A DNA stretch of 64,000 nucleotides. Source: Candidatus Magasanikbacteria bacterium CG10_big_fil_rev_8_21_14_0_10_36_32 (GTDB lineage: Bacteria > Patescibacteriota > Patescibacteriia > Magasanikbacterales > GWA2-37-8). Within the stretch, counting starts at the first letter, position 1; each line of letters begins with the position of its first letter. Below the pieces are notes generated by a model. It made no database searches, was not told where the DNA came from, and saw only the letters and a list, made by a program, of their open reading frames with translations. A program made the position numbers and the translations under genes. Shown here in pieces: positions 25,726 through 35,817 of this stretch. The DNA lies in assembly GCA_002778465.1 (NCBI GenBank), contig PFBV01000005.1, positions 7,534 through 71,533 on the forward strand, given 5' to 3'.

Positions 25726-27510
25726 ATGATTAAAAAATTCATAATGACAATTGATGGACAAAAGATTGAAGCTAAAGAAGGTGAAACTATTTTGCAAGTT
25801 GCTTTGCGTAATTGTATAGATATTCCTCATTTATGCGCTCATCCTGACACAAAAGTTAAGGCTAATTGTCGTATGTGTGTGGTTAAAATAAAAGGAGTAA
25901 ACGGGTTGCAAACTGCTTGTTCTACACCAGTGAGCGAGGGTATGGATGTAGAAACATTAACTCCTGAAATAAGATGGGCCAGAAAATTTAATTTAGAATT
26001 AATTTTTGGTCAACATGTTGAAGATTGCTCTGTTTGTGTTTTAGATTCAAAATGTGATTTGTTAAAATATAGAAAAATATATAATTCTAAAATGTTGCGC
26101 TTTCCTGACCGTAAAATTAATTATCCCATTTATCAATTTGGGCCTATAATTTTTGATCAGACCAAGTGTATTGATTGTCGAAATTGCGTGGAAGTTTGTC
26201 CGACGGGATATTTAGAATTAAAAGATAGAGGGTCTGATATAAATATTGAACCGTCAGCCGACAAAAAGAAAGATTGTATTGCTTGCGGACAATGTTTGGT
26301 CCATTGTCCGGTTGGTGCCATTAAAAGTGAAGGTGAGTTTGAATCAGTTAAAGAAATTAAAAAAATTTTACAACAAAAAGATAAAACTGTTGTGGTGCAA
26401 TTTGCGCCGGCTATTCGTACCAGTATTGGAGAGGAATTGGGTTTGCCTTACGGTTTAGTCGTTACTGATTTGTTGACTGCCGGTTTGCGTAAGCTCGGTT
26501 TTCATAAAGTTTTTGATACTTCAGTTGCGGCTGACTTTACCACTAGCGAGGAAGCGGGTCAGGCAGTTAATCATATCAAAGAAGGAAAAAATTTACCGGT
26601 TTTTACATCCTGTTGTCCATCCTGGGTATTATTTATTGAGTTTAATTATCCGGAATTAATAAAAAATATCACCACAGTTCGTTCACCGGAAATAATACTT
26701 GGTGGTTTAGTTAAGTCATATTGGGCGGAAAAAGAAAAAATTGATCCGAAAAAAATTGTAATGGTTTCAGTAATGCCATGCACATCTAAAAAAATTGAGA
26801 TTGAAAGAAAAGAAATGTTTATCAAAGGTAATAAGCCGGTTGATATTGTTTTAACAACTCGAGAATTAGCATGGATGTTAAAAGATGAAAAAATAGATTT
26901 GGAAGCTTTAAAACCCGAATTGGCGGATAATCCGTTCGGTGATCCGTCTGGCGCCGGTGTAATTTATGGTGCAAGTGGCGGTGTTATGGAATCAGCATTA
27001 AGAACAGCTTATTATCGTTTGACCGGTGAAAACTTAAAGAGTGTTGATTTTAAAGAAGTGCGCGGGCAAGAAGGTATAAAACGAGCTGTTATTAAACTTT
27101 GTAAGCCGGTCAAAACTAATTCTGGAGAATGTATTGAAATTAAGGCGGCAGTGGTAAATGAAATTAAGAATGCAAGAATTATTTTGGATGAATTAAAAAA
27201 AGACCCGAAAAAGTATGATTTTGTGGAAGTGATGGCCTGTCCCGGTGGCTGTGTTGGTGGCGGTGGACAATCCTTGCCTACTAATTCTTTTATTCGTAGT
27301 AAACGAGCGGCTTCACTTTATACTATAGATAAAAATAAAAAAATTCGTTTAGCTCATGAAAATCCTGCTGTAATAAAAGCATATCAAGAATATTTTAACG
27401 ATGAAAAAATTTGTAAAGAAGTATTTCATACTAGTTTTCATCAGCAAAAAAAGAAACCGATTGGTCGTTTGAAAAGAGATATGAAAGATTTTAAATTAAT
27501 TAAAAAATAA
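25726..27510 (+). CDS. hydA: [FeFe]-hydrogenase catalytic subunit HydA, with an N-terminal 2Fe-2S ferredoxin-like domain and two 4Fe-4S domains.
   Basis: All three H-cluster signatures are present: L1 FTSCCPSW, L2 MPCTSKKIEIE and L3 EVMACPGGCVGGGGQS. Ferredoxin-type motifs CIDCRNCVEVCP and CIACGQCLVHCPVGAI are also present. Confidence 0.85.
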   Translation: MIKKFIMTIDGQKIEAKEGETILQVALRNCIDIPHLCAHPDTKVKANCRMCVVKIKGVNGLQTACSTPVSEGMDVETLTPEIRWARKFNLELIFGQHVEDCSVCVLDSKCDLLKYRKIYNSKMLRFPDRKINYPIYQFGPIIFDQTKCIDCRNCVEVCPTGYLELKDRGSDINIEPSADKKKDCIACGQCLVHCPVGAIKSEGEFESVKEIKKILQQKDKTVVVQFAPAIRTSIGEELGLPYGLVVTDLLTAGLRKLGFHKVFDTSVAADFTTSEEAGQAVNHIKEGKNLPVFTSCCPSWVLFIEFNYPELIKNITTVRSPEIILGGLVKSYWAEKEKIDPKKIVMVSVMPCTSKKIEIERKEMFIKGNKPVDIVLTTRELAWMLKDEKIDLEALKPELADNPFGDPSGAGVIYGASGGVMESALRTAYYRLTGENLKSVDFKEVRGQEGIKRAVIKLCKPVKTNSGECIEIKAAVVNEIKNARIILDELKKDPKKYDFVEVMACPGGCVGGGGQSLPTNSFIRSKRAASLYTIDKNKKIRLAHENPAVIKAYQEYFNDEKICKEVFHTSFHQQKKKPIGRLKRDMKDFKLIKK

Positions 27511-27539
27511 TATTTAAATTTTTATTTAATAGGGTTAAT

Positions 27540-29219
27540 ATGATGAAAAAACAAAATATTTTTTCTGTTTTAGTTGGTGGTGCAGCCGGAGATGGTGCGA
27601 GAGAAGCGGCGGCTAATCTAAGCAGATTATTGACCAATGTTGGTTTTGAAGTGATTCAAACAGTGGAATATCCATCACTTATCCGCGGTGGGCATAATTT
27701 TGCCAGAGTTACTTTTTCCGATGATAAAATTCATAGTGATTATGAAGCGTTGGATATTTTAGTTGCTTTAAACAAAGAAACTGTTGATTTGCATTTTAAA
27801 GAATTAAAGAAAGACGGTTTGGTTATTTTTGATTGTGAAAAACAAGATAAGAAAATTATTAATTTACCTCTTTGCGCTTATGCAAAAGAAATGGGTGCGC
27901 CGCCGATTTTGCGTACAGCCGCAGCTTTAGGGGCGATATGTTGGATTTTAAATTTGGATTTGGAAGAATTAAATAAAATTTTTAAAACAGTTTTTAAAGA
28001 TAAGGCTGAAGCCAACATTAAATTATCGGTTAAAGGTTATGAAAATTTTAAAAATAGAAAAATTACGCAAATTAAATTACCAAAACCAAAGAAAATTATT
28101 CGTAAGTTGGTTGATGGTAATGAGGCTTTTGCCGAAGGTTTGATTAAGGCTGGCTTGGAAAATTATTTTGCTTATCCGATGACTCCATCCAGTTCTATTC
28201 TTCATTTTTTGGCTGGTAAAGCGCATGAATACAAAATAAAAGTGGCTCAACCGGAAAATGAAATTGCTGTTATTAATATGGCTTTGGGTTCAGCGTATGC
28301 TGGTAAACGGACCGCTACGGCCAGTACTGGAGGCGGATTTGCCTTGATGTTGGAAGCTATGGCTATGGCCGGAATGGAAGAATTGCCAATTGTAGTGGCT
28401 GATTCTCAACGTGCTGGAACTTCAACCGGTGTGGCAACGCGTACAGGACAGGGTGATTTGGCTTTTGTCCGTAATTTGCCAGGTGAATTTCCACAAATTG
28501 TTTTGGCGCCCGGTGATCAAGAGGAAGCCTATCTATTAGGGGGTTTATCGTTAAATTTGGCTTGGCAATTTCAAACGCCGGTAGTTGTTTTGTTGGACAA
28601 ACTTTTATCTGAAAATATGTCAGCTTGCCAGTTGGATGATAAAAAAATAAAAATTATTTCCAGCAAACCGTCTAAAGCCGGAAAAAAATATCAGCGTTAC
28701 GAATTTACCGATGATGGAATTTCCCCGTTGGCTTTTCCTGGTGATAAAGATGCTGTAGTTAAAGTTTGCAGTTATGAACATGATGAAAAAGGTTACATAA
28801 CAGATTCTTCTGAGATTACCAAAGCAATGTGTGAAAAAAGATTTGCCAAAATAAAAGGTATAGTAAAAGAATTGGCAAAACATGAAATGATCAAAGTGTA
28901 TGGCGACACAAAAAGCAAAAATACTTTAGTATTTTTTGGTTCAACTAAAGGAGCAATTTTGGAAGCGTTAAAATATATTAAAAAACCTGTTCGAGCTGTT
29001 CAGATTTTATGTTTGGAACCGTTAGATACAGCTCAACTTAAAAAAATATTAAAAGAATCCAATCGGATTATTGATATTGAAAATAATTATACCGGACAAT
29101 TAGCTAATTTAATTCGTGAAAAAACCGGCATTGAAGTTTGCAAGAAAATTTTAAGATATGATTCTTTTCCGTTTGAACCATTGTCATTGGCTGATACAAT
29201 TAATAAAATTTTAAAATAA
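27540..29219 (+). CDS. 2-oxoacid:ferredoxin oxidoreductase alpha subunit with a fused N-terminal gamma domain (Por/Kor family).
   Basis: A gamma-like N-terminus VGGAAGDGAREAAANLSRLL is followed by the alpha-domain motif GNEAFAEGLIKAGLENYFAYPMTPSS. Confidence 0.8.
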   Translation: MMKKQNIFSVLVGGAAGDGAREAAANLSRLLTNVGFEVIQTVEYPSLIRGGHNFARVTFSDDKIHSDYEALDILVALNKETVDLHFKELKKDGLVIFDCEKQDKKIINLPLCAYAKEMGAPPILRTAAALGAICWILNLDLEELNKIFKTVFKDKAEANIKLSVKGYENFKNRKITQIKLPKPKKIIRKLVDGNEAFAEGLIKAGLENYFAYPMTPSSSILHFLAGKAHEYKIKVAQPENEIAVINMALGSAYAGKRTATASTGGGFALMLEAMAMAGMEELPIVVADSQRAGTSTGVATRTGQGDLAFVRNLPGEFPQIVLAPGDQEEAYLLGGLSLNLAWQFQTPVVVLLDKLLSENMSACQLDDKKIKIISSKPSKAGKKYQRYEFTDDGISPLAFPGDKDAVVKVCSYEHDEKGYITDSSEITKAMCEKRFAKIKGIVKELAKHEMIKVYGDTKSKNTLVFFGSTKGAILEALKYIKKPVRAVQILCLEPLDTAQLKKILKESNRIIDIENNYTGQLANLIREKTGIEVCKKILRYDSFPFEPLSLADTINKILK

Positions 29220-29224
29220 ATTAT

Positions 29225-29995
29225 ATGATTGATCTCAATACCCAAGCAAAAAATACATGGTGTCCCGGTTGTACAAATTTTTTGATTTTATCCGCTTTTA
29301 AAAATGTGTTAAATGAATTGTTTTCCACCGGATTAAACAAAGACAATGTTGTTATGACGGCCGGTATCGGTTGTCATGGAAAAATTGCGGATTATGTTAA
29401 TATTAACAGTTTTATTTCTTTACATGGACGAGAAGTGGCCACTGCCACTGGAATAAAATTAGCTAATCCAAAGTTAACAGTAGTGGCTTTTGCTGGTGAT
29501 GGTGACGCGTACGCTGAAGGAATTGAACACTTAGTTCATGCCGCCAAAAGAAATAGTAATATAACCTTGTTGGTTCATAATAATCAGGTTTTTGGCCTTA
29601 CAACCGGTCAGGTGACACCAACCAGCGTTAAGGGCTATAAAGGCCGTTCTACTCCATTTGGCAGCGTAGAAGAGCCATTAAACCCACTATCAGTGCTATT
29701 GTCGTCTGGTGCGACGTTTGTTGCGCGTACCTATGCGGGAAATTTACAGGAAATGCAGGTAATTATGAAAAAAGCGATTCAGCATAAAGGTTTTTCTGTT
29801 GTTGATATACTGCAGCCTTGTATCAGTTTTAAAGACACTCGTGAATATTTTAAAGAGAGAGTTTGTGAATTGGAAAAAAATTATCCGACCGATAAATTAG
29901 ATATGGCTTTGGTTGAAGTCAGATCAAACGGAGATAAAATTCCTTGTGGAATTTTTTATCAGGTTCAGAAGCCAATTTTTGAAGATTCATTTTAA
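29225..29995 (+). CDS. 2-oxoacid:ferredoxin oxidoreductase beta subunit (TPP-binding).
   Basis: WCPGCTNFLI N-terminal motif and GDGDAYAEG TPP-binding motif. Confidence 0.8.
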   Translation: MIDLNTQAKNTWCPGCTNFLILSAFKNVLNELFSTGLNKDNVVMTAGIGCHGKIADYVNINSFISLHGREVATATGIKLANPKLTVVAFAGDGDAYAEGIEHLVHAAKRNSNITLLVHNNQVFGLTTGQVTPTSVKGYKGRSTPFGSVEEPLNPLSVLLSSGATFVARTYAGNLQEMQVIMKKAIQHKGFSVVDILQPCISFKDTREYFKERVCELEKNYPTDKLDMALVEVRSNGDKIPCGIFYQVQKPIFEDSF

Positions 29996-30018
29996 TATTT
30001 TAATGAGTTAGCTTATTT

Positions 30019-32052
30019 ATGAATCTTGATAAATTATTTAATCCGCGCGCTGTAGCGGTTGTGGGTGCGTCTGATGATAAAACAAAAATCGGACATACTT
30101 TAATGTATAATTTATTGCGCGGAAAAAAACGAAAGGTATATCCGATTAATCCGGCTTTTAAAAAAGTGGAACATATTTTGTGTTACCCCTCGGTTAAAAA
30201 TATTACAAGTGAGATTGATTTAGCTGTAATTGCCGTTAAACCGGAAATTGTTCCGGCAGTTTTAAAAGATTGCGGCGAGAAAAAAATTCCTTTTGTCATT
30301 ATTATCACCGCCGGTTTCAAAGAAGTTGGTGCTGAGGGCAAAAAATTGGAAGAAGAAATTAAAACTATCGCCGCCAAATATAAAATTAGTTTAGTCGGAC
30401 CGAATTGTTTAGGTGTGATGGGTGTACAAAGCGATTTAAATGCTACTTTTGCCGGTGATCTGCCGATAAAAGGTAAAACGGCTTTTATCTCGCAATCGGG
30501 TGCGGTCGGAACAGCTATGTTGGATTGGGCGAAAAAAGAAAAAATTGGATTTTCAAAATTTGTTTCCATCGGCAATGAGGCCGGTCTGACGGAAAATGAT
30601 TTTTTGAAATATTTTACCGATGATTCTTCGGTTGCGGCGATCTTAATGTATCTAGAAGGCATTAGTGATGGACAAAAATTTGTTAAATTAGCTAAAAAAA
30701 TTACAGCTAAAAAACCGTTAGTTATCTTAAAGGCTGGAAAATCAGCCCGTGGTTCAGCGGCGGTTGCTTCGCATACCGGTTCGTTGGCGCCGTCGGAAAA
30801 GATTTTTCAATCCGCTTGCCGTCAGGCCGGCGCGGTTTATGTTGAATCGCTGGAAGATATGTTCAATCTGGCGAAAATGTTTGAAGCTGGATTATTGAAG
30901 CCGATGACTAATTTGGCGATTTTAACCAATGGCGGCGGACCGTCGGTGGTGATGTCCGATTTAATTGAAGCGTCTGAACACTTGTCACTGGCTGAAATTT
31001 CCGAACCGGTTAAAAATCAATTAAGGAAAGTTTTGCCGCCGACGGCGGCGGTTGGCAATCCGGTTGATATTATTGGCGATGCTTTGAGCGACCGTTATGA
31101 AGCGGCTTTGAAAATTTTAACCGAGGAAAAAAGCATTAATGGAATAATTGTGATTTTGACCCCGCAAAAAATGACCGACGTAAAAGAAACGGCTGAAGTT
31201 TTGGTTAAATATAAGAATAAAAAACCGATTGTTCCGGTTTTTCTCGGCGGCGAGGCGATTATTCCGGCCGAAGAAGTATTTAAGAAAAATCGGATGGCTT
31301 ATTTTCATGATCTTCGTCCGGCGCAAAAAGCTTTGGACGCGCTGGCAGTTGGAGTTAAAAAGGCTTCCGCTGACGCTCCGGCTAAAACTAAAAAAGATGA
31401 AACAGTTTCGGTCAGACAATTGGATTTTGAGGAATCAAACAAACTGTTATATTCGGTTGGGTTAAAAACTGTGGGTGTTTTTGCTAAACAAAAAACCGAT
31501 TTGAAAAAAGCGCTGGTCGGAATGAAGTATCCACTGGCGATGAAAGTTGTTTCAGAGCAAGTAATACATAAATCCGACGCTGGCGGCGTACAGATACAAC
31601 TGGCGGATTTCGCGGCGGTGGAAAAAGCTTGGGATGTCATTGTTAAAAATATAAAAATAAAAGTTCCGAAAGCTAAAATTGACGGAATGGTTATTCAGCC
31701 AATGGTTTCCGGAAAAGAAGTTATTATCGGTATGAAACGCGACGCTTCGTTCGGTCCTGTGGTTCTGTTCGGTTTGGGCGGTATTTTTACCGAGGTGTTG
31801 AAAGACGCGTCAATGCGGGTTTTGTCGGTGGCGGAAAAAGAGGCGATGGAAATGATTGATGAATTGAAAGGCTCGGCGATTTTAGCCGGCAGCCGCGGTG
31901 AAAAATCGGTTGACCGCAAGGCTTTGGTTAAAATAATTTTGGCCATTGCCAAATTGGCGGAAAATCATCCGGAAATTAGGGAAATTGATTTAAATCCGGT
32001 AATGGCCACGTCCACCGGTGCTACTTTAGTTGATGTAAGGATTTTGACTTAA
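30019..32052 (+). CDS. Acetyl-CoA synthetase (ADP-forming) / NDP-forming acyl-CoA synthetase with fused alpha and beta domains.
   Basis: CoA-binding N-terminus AVAVVGASDDKTKIGH, the succinyl-CoA-synthetase-like GPNCLGV motif, and a C-terminal ATP-grasp domain. Confidence 0.8.
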   Translation: MNLDKLFNPRAVAVVGASDDKTKIGHTLMYNLLRGKKRKVYPINPAFKKVEHILCYPSVKNITSEIDLAVIAVKPEIVPAVLKDCGEKKIPFVIIITAGFKEVGAEGKKLEEEIKTIAAKYKISLVGPNCLGVMGVQSDLNATFAGDLPIKGKTAFISQSGAVGTAMLDWAKKEKIGFSKFVSIGNEAGLTENDFLKYFTDDSSVAAILMYLEGISDGQKFVKLAKKITAKKPLVILKAGKSARGSAAVASHTGSLAPSEKIFQSACRQAGAVYVESLEDMFNLAKMFEAGLLKPMTNLAILTNGGGPSVVMSDLIEASEHLSLAEISEPVKNQLRKVLPPTAAVGNPVDIIGDALSDRYEAALKILTEEKSINGIIVILTPQKMTDVKETAEVLVKYKNKKPIVPVFLGGEAIIPAEEVFKKNRMAYFHDLRPAQKALDALAVGVKKASADAPAKTKKDETVSVRQLDFEESNKLLYSVGLKTVGVFAKQKTDLKKALVGMKYPLAMKVVSEQVIHKSDAGGVQIQLADFAAVEKAWDVIVKNIKIKVPKAKIDGMVIQPMVSGKEVIIGMKRDASFGPVVLFGLGGIFTEVLKDASMRVLSVAEKEAMEMIDELKGSAILAGSRGEKSVDRKALVKIILAIAKLAENHPEIREIDLNPVMATSTGATLVDVRILT

Positions 32053-32065
32053 ATTACATTAAAAA

Positions 32066-32091
32066 AAGCCGCCCAGTTGGGTGGCTTTTTA
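32066..32091 (+). terminator. Intrinsic terminator (aagccgcccagttgggtggcttttt).
   Basis: GC-rich hairpin plus T-run after the ACD gene. Confidence 0.6.
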
Positions 32092-32162
32092 TCTTGCCTT
32101 TTTTTTTCGCTTATGTTAGAATAATTACGCTCTTTTTTGAGCTTAATTTTTATATCAAAAAC

Positions 32163-34904
32163 ATGTCATTTCTTAATAAAATTTTTGGTGATCCGAATAT
32201 AAAAGTAATTAAAGAAATTCAGCCGATTGTTGATAAAATTAATTCGCTGGAACCGGAAATTCAGAAGTTGAGTTTGGAAGGTCTAAAAAATAAAACTGAA
32301 GAGTTTAAAGACCGTTTGATAAAAGGTGAGTCTTTGGACGATATTTTACCTGAAGCCTTTGCGGTTGTCAGGGAAACTTCAAAACGCGTAACAGGTATGC
32401 GTCATTTTGATGTTCAGTTGATTGGCGGTGTGGTTTTACACCGTGGACAAATTTCAGAAATGCGTACTGGTGAGGGAAAAACTTTGGTAGCGACTTTACC
32501 TACTTATTTAAACGCCTTGTCAGGCAAAGGTGTTCATTTGGTAACAGTTAATGATTATTTGGCAAAACGTGATGCTGTTTGGATGGGTCAAATTTATGAT
32601 GCTCTAGGTTTGTCTATCGGTATTATTCAGCAACAGTTGACTTCTTATAAATATTCTGCCACCGCCAAAGCCAATGTTGGTGAAGGAAGTGAAACCGACA
32701 AAGAGAGAGATGTTATTGGTATGTTTAAAATTGAACATGATTATTTGTTGCCTTGTTCGCGTAAAGAAGCTTATCAGTGTGATATTACTTATGGCACGAA
32801 TAATGAATTTGGGTTTGATTATTTGCGTGACAATATGGTTCAAAATTTGGACGATATGTCTCAACGTGAATTGAATTTTACCATTGTTGATGAAGTTGAT
32901 TCTATTTTGATTGATGAAGCTCGGACACCTTTGATTATTTCCGCGCCGGCAGAAAAAGCAACAGACATATATTATAAATTTGCCGAATTGGTTGAACGCT
33001 TAAAAGAAAATGAAGATTATAATGTTGATGAAAAAATGCGTTCGGCGACTTTAACCGATGCTGGTATTAAGAAAATGGAACAGTGGTTGGGAGTAGATAA
33101 TATTTATGCCGAAGGAGGTGTTGGCACTGTTCATCATGTTGAGTCGGCTTTGAGAGCTAAAGTTCTTTTTAAGCGTGATCGCGATTATGTGGTAGAAAAC
33201 GGCGAAGTTATTATTGTTGATGAATTTACCGGAAGAAAGATGATTGGCCGACGTTATAGTGAAGGTTTACATCAGGCGATTGAGGCAAAAGAGGGTGTAG
33301 AAATTCAACGTGAAAGTCAGACAATGGCTACTGTTACCTTTCAAAATTATTTTAGAATGTACAAAAAAATATCAGGCATGACCGGTACGGCGGTGACTGA
33401 AGCCGAAGAATTTGGGAAAATTTATAATTTGGAAGTTGTAGTTATTCCAACTAATAAAAAAATTTGTCGTTTAGACCATTCAGATCGCATTTATCGAACC
33501 GAGGAGGCAAAATATCGGGCGATTGCTAAACATGTTAAAGAATTACAAGATAAAGGACAGCCGGTTTTAATTGGTACTATTTCAGTGGATAAAAATGAAG
33601 CTTTGAGTTTATTTTTAGAACAAGAGGGTATTAAACATGAGATTTTGAATGCTAAAAATCATGAGAGGGAAGGCGAAATTGTGGCACAGGCTGGCCGTGC
33701 AGGAGCGGTTACTTTAGCTACCAATATGGCAGGTCGTGGTGTGGATATTATTTTGGGCGGAAATCCACCAGATAAAGAATTGTCGGAAAAAGTTAAAACA
33801 AATGGCGGTTTATTCGTTATCGGCACTGAACGACACGAGAGTCGTCGTATTGATAATCAATTACGAGGCCGTGCTGGACGTCAGGGTGATCCAGGTGAAA
33901 CTCAATTTTATCTTTCCACCGAAGATGATTTAATGAGAATTTTTGCCGGTGATCGAATTCGGGCAGTTATGCAGACATTACGTGTGCCGGAAGATATGCC
34001 GATTGAACAAAAAACCATTACTCGCATTATTGAATCGGCGCAGAAAAAAGTGGAAGGTTTTCATTTTGATACTCGTAAACATTTATTGGATTATGATGAT
34101 GTGTTAAATCGTCATCGCGAAGTGGTTTATGGAAAACGTCGGCAAATTTTGGAAATTTATGATATAGAAAAAAGATTATTGGTTGAACCAAATGCTGCTA
34201 AACCGGAAAAATCATTGCGTCAGTTGATTTTAGATATGGTGGAAGCGGAAATTGAACAGGTGGTATCTTTTCATACCAATACAGAAGATGCAAGTGAGTG
34301 GAATTTAAAAGAAATTGGAGAAACAATAACTACAATTTTTCCGTTAACAAATGCGGAAAAAATAGAGATAACAAATTTTGGACAAAAAAGCGCATTAAAA
34401 TTGGAATCAATTGAACATCGAACAAAAATTATTGAATATTTGGTGCAATTAGCTGGTCAAAAATATGAAGAAATGTTGGTTAAAGCAACTAATCAGCCCG
34501 AGTTAATGGTAGAAATAGAAAAACAGTTATTGCTTCGTTCGGTGGATAATTTATGGATTGAACATTTAGTGGCAATTGATTATTTGCGTACAGGCATTGG
34601 TTTGCGTGGGTATGGACAGCGTGATCCGTTAGTTGAATACAAAAAAGAAACTTATCGGATGTTTAATGAATTGTTGAATTTGATACAGAAGGAAGTTGTG
34701 TATTCTGTTTTCAAAATTAGTTATGGAATTCAAATGGCACCAAGCGTTATGCAAAAAGGTAATTTGGTTTTGACTGGCGCGGAGAAAGAACAATCGCCGG
34801 TCTCTTCTGGAAAAATTAAAGATGCTGAAGGTAAAACCATTGGCCGCAATGATCCATGTCTGTGCGGATCAGGCAAGAAATTTAAGAAATGTTGTGGATC
34901 ATAA
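32163..34904 (+). CDS. secA: Preprotein translocase ATPase SecA with a C-terminal zinc-binding tail.
   Basis: Begins MSFLNKIFGDPN. DEAD-like motor motifs are present. The C-terminal motif is CLCGSGKKFKKCCG. The start was taken at the internal ATG after the upstream terminator. Confidence 0.9.
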   Translation: MSFLNKIFGDPNIKVIKEIQPIVDKINSLEPEIQKLSLEGLKNKTEEFKDRLIKGESLDDILPEAFAVVRETSKRVTGMRHFDVQLIGGVVLHRGQISEMRTGEGKTLVATLPTYLNALSGKGVHLVTVNDYLAKRDAVWMGQIYDALGLSIGIIQQQLTSYKYSATAKANVGEGSETDKERDVIGMFKIEHDYLLPCSRKEAYQCDITYGTNNEFGFDYLRDNMVQNLDDMSQRELNFTIVDEVDSILIDEARTPLIISAPAEKATDIYYKFAELVERLKENEDYNVDEKMRSATLTDAGIKKMEQWLGVDNIYAEGGVGTVHHVESALRAKVLFKRDRDYVVENGEVIIVDEFTGRKMIGRRYSEGLHQAIEAKEGVEIQRESQTMATVTFQNYFRMYKKISGMTGTAVTEAEEFGKIYNLEVVVIPTNKKICRLDHSDRIYRTEEAKYRAIAKHVKELQDKGQPVLIGTISVDKNEALSLFLEQEGIKHEILNAKNHEREGEIVAQAGRAGAVTLATNMAGRGVDIILGGNPPDKELSEKVKTNGGLFVIGTERHESRRIDNQLRGRAGRQGDPGETQFYLSTEDDLMRIFAGDRIRAVMQTLRVPEDMPIEQKTITRIIESAQKKVEGFHFDTRKHLLDYDDVLNRHREVVYGKRRQILEIYDIEKRLLVEPNAAKPEKSLRQLILDMVEAEIEQVVSFHTNTEDASEWNLKEIGETITTIFPLTNAEKIEITNFGQKSALKLESIEHRTKIIEYLVQLAGQKYEEMLVKATNQPELMVEIEKQLLLRSVDNLWIEHLVAIDYLRTGIGLRGYGQRDPLVEYKKETYRMFNELLNLIQKEVVYSVFKISYGIQMAPSVMQKGNLVLTGAEKEQSPVSSGKIKDAEGKTIGRNDPCLCGSGKKFKKCCGS

Positions 34905-34912
34905 AATAAAAA

Positions 34913-34934
34913 AGTCCGGCACGGTGGCCGGACT
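34913..34934. terminator. Bidirectional hairpin (agtccggcacggtggccggact) between convergent secA and the minus-strand gene.
   Basis: 8-bp GC stem with T/A runs on both sides. Confidence 0.5.
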
Positions 34935-34950
34935 TGAAAAAAGAACGAGT

Positions 34951-35445
34951 TTAGATGAGAAGAGGATAAAGATTTTTTCGGTAAATGATATCGCTTCCGC
35001 TACTGAGACGGTACAAATCCGTTTCACCGACAATTTGATAGCGGTGCTGCGTCAGGAACAGCCTGATTCCGAAATTATTTGCTTTGGCGTCGCAGAGCAC
35101 ATTAACGGATCCGAATTCCATCGTTCCTTCAATCTCGGCATTTTTGATGAGAAAACTGGCAAGGTAGCGTCCGCGCAGGTCTGGTCTGACTGTAAGATTT
35201 TTTAGCTCAAGGGTTTTAGTATATTTTTTATGGCGCTGATACACCATTACCCCGACAATCTGATTCAGTGAAAGCGCGATGATAACTCTTTTGTTTCCGT
35301 CCTTGATTTCCTGATGCGTTTTCTGCACCCAATCCTCGAAATCAGGATAATTCGCGTGAGGGGTCCACAATCGCGGACCCAAGAGATAATTAACAATCTC
35401 ATCTAATCTGGAAGTTGGATATTCATTGGTAAATCTGAAATCCAT
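34951..35445 (-). CDS. Hypothetical protein of 164 aa, possibly a small acyltransferase-like fold.
   Basis: Intact ORF convergent with secA. No confident motif. Confidence 0.4.
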   Translation of the reverse strand: MDFRFTNEYPTSRLDEIVNYLLGPRLWTPHANYPDFEDWVQKTHQEIKDGNKRVIIALSLNQIVGVMVYQRHKKYTKTLELKNLTVRPDLRGRYLASFLIKNAEIEGTMEFGSVNVLCDAKANNFGIRLFLTQHRYQIVGETDLYRLSSGSDIIYRKNLYPLLI

Positions 35446-35582
35446 TTTAATTTTTTCTCCTTATTTCTGTTGTTTATTGATTTTATGATTAGTTGAGACA
35501 AAGAACAAACTATTTATAATATATTTTAAAGGTTTTGTCAAGATAGTACTCAATATGTAGAATATTGCATAATCATAAAAAT

Positions 35583-35764
35583 AACCCCTCCGTTGCGGGA
35601 GGGGTTGGAAAGAACTTCGTAGCGTTGGGGACCGATTTACGTCGGGAGCAAAACCGCCAGCGCGGCGACCTCCTGATTTTATCGGGCAATTGCTGCGGGG
35701 TTATAATTCTCCGCATCGTTGATTGGAACAATCACTGGTTTGTCCAGACAACACGGAGGGTTAT
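35583..35764. ncRNA. Candidate structured non-coding RNA or cis-regulatory element. A GC-rich island of about 180 nt is closed by a long-range stem, in the divergent intergenic region. Strand and class are undetermined.
   Basis: The 5' segment ataacccctccgt is complementary to the 3' segment acggagggttat. Internal hairpins include cccctcc/ggagggg, ccgc..gcgg and gattg-gaa-caatc. The segment is strikingly GC-rich against AT-rich flanks. The overlapping 71-aa ORF is probably spurious. Confidence 0.35.
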
Positions 35765-35817
35765 GATAATAAAAATATAGCAAATTTATATAAAATTGTC
35801 AAGTATCTAATAATAGT

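Noticed and set aside
34822-35205. 127-aa plus-strand ORF after secA.
   Set aside because: It overlaps the secA 3' end, runs through the bidirectional terminator hairpin and is antisense to the convergent 34951-35445 gene.
35565-35780. 71-aa ORF (MHNHKNNPSVAGGVGKNF...) from the ORF track.
   Set aside because: It lies exactly over the GC-rich structured element and has a Gly/Arg-rich, low-complexity composition typical of spurious frames through structured RNA. It has no ribosome-binding site.
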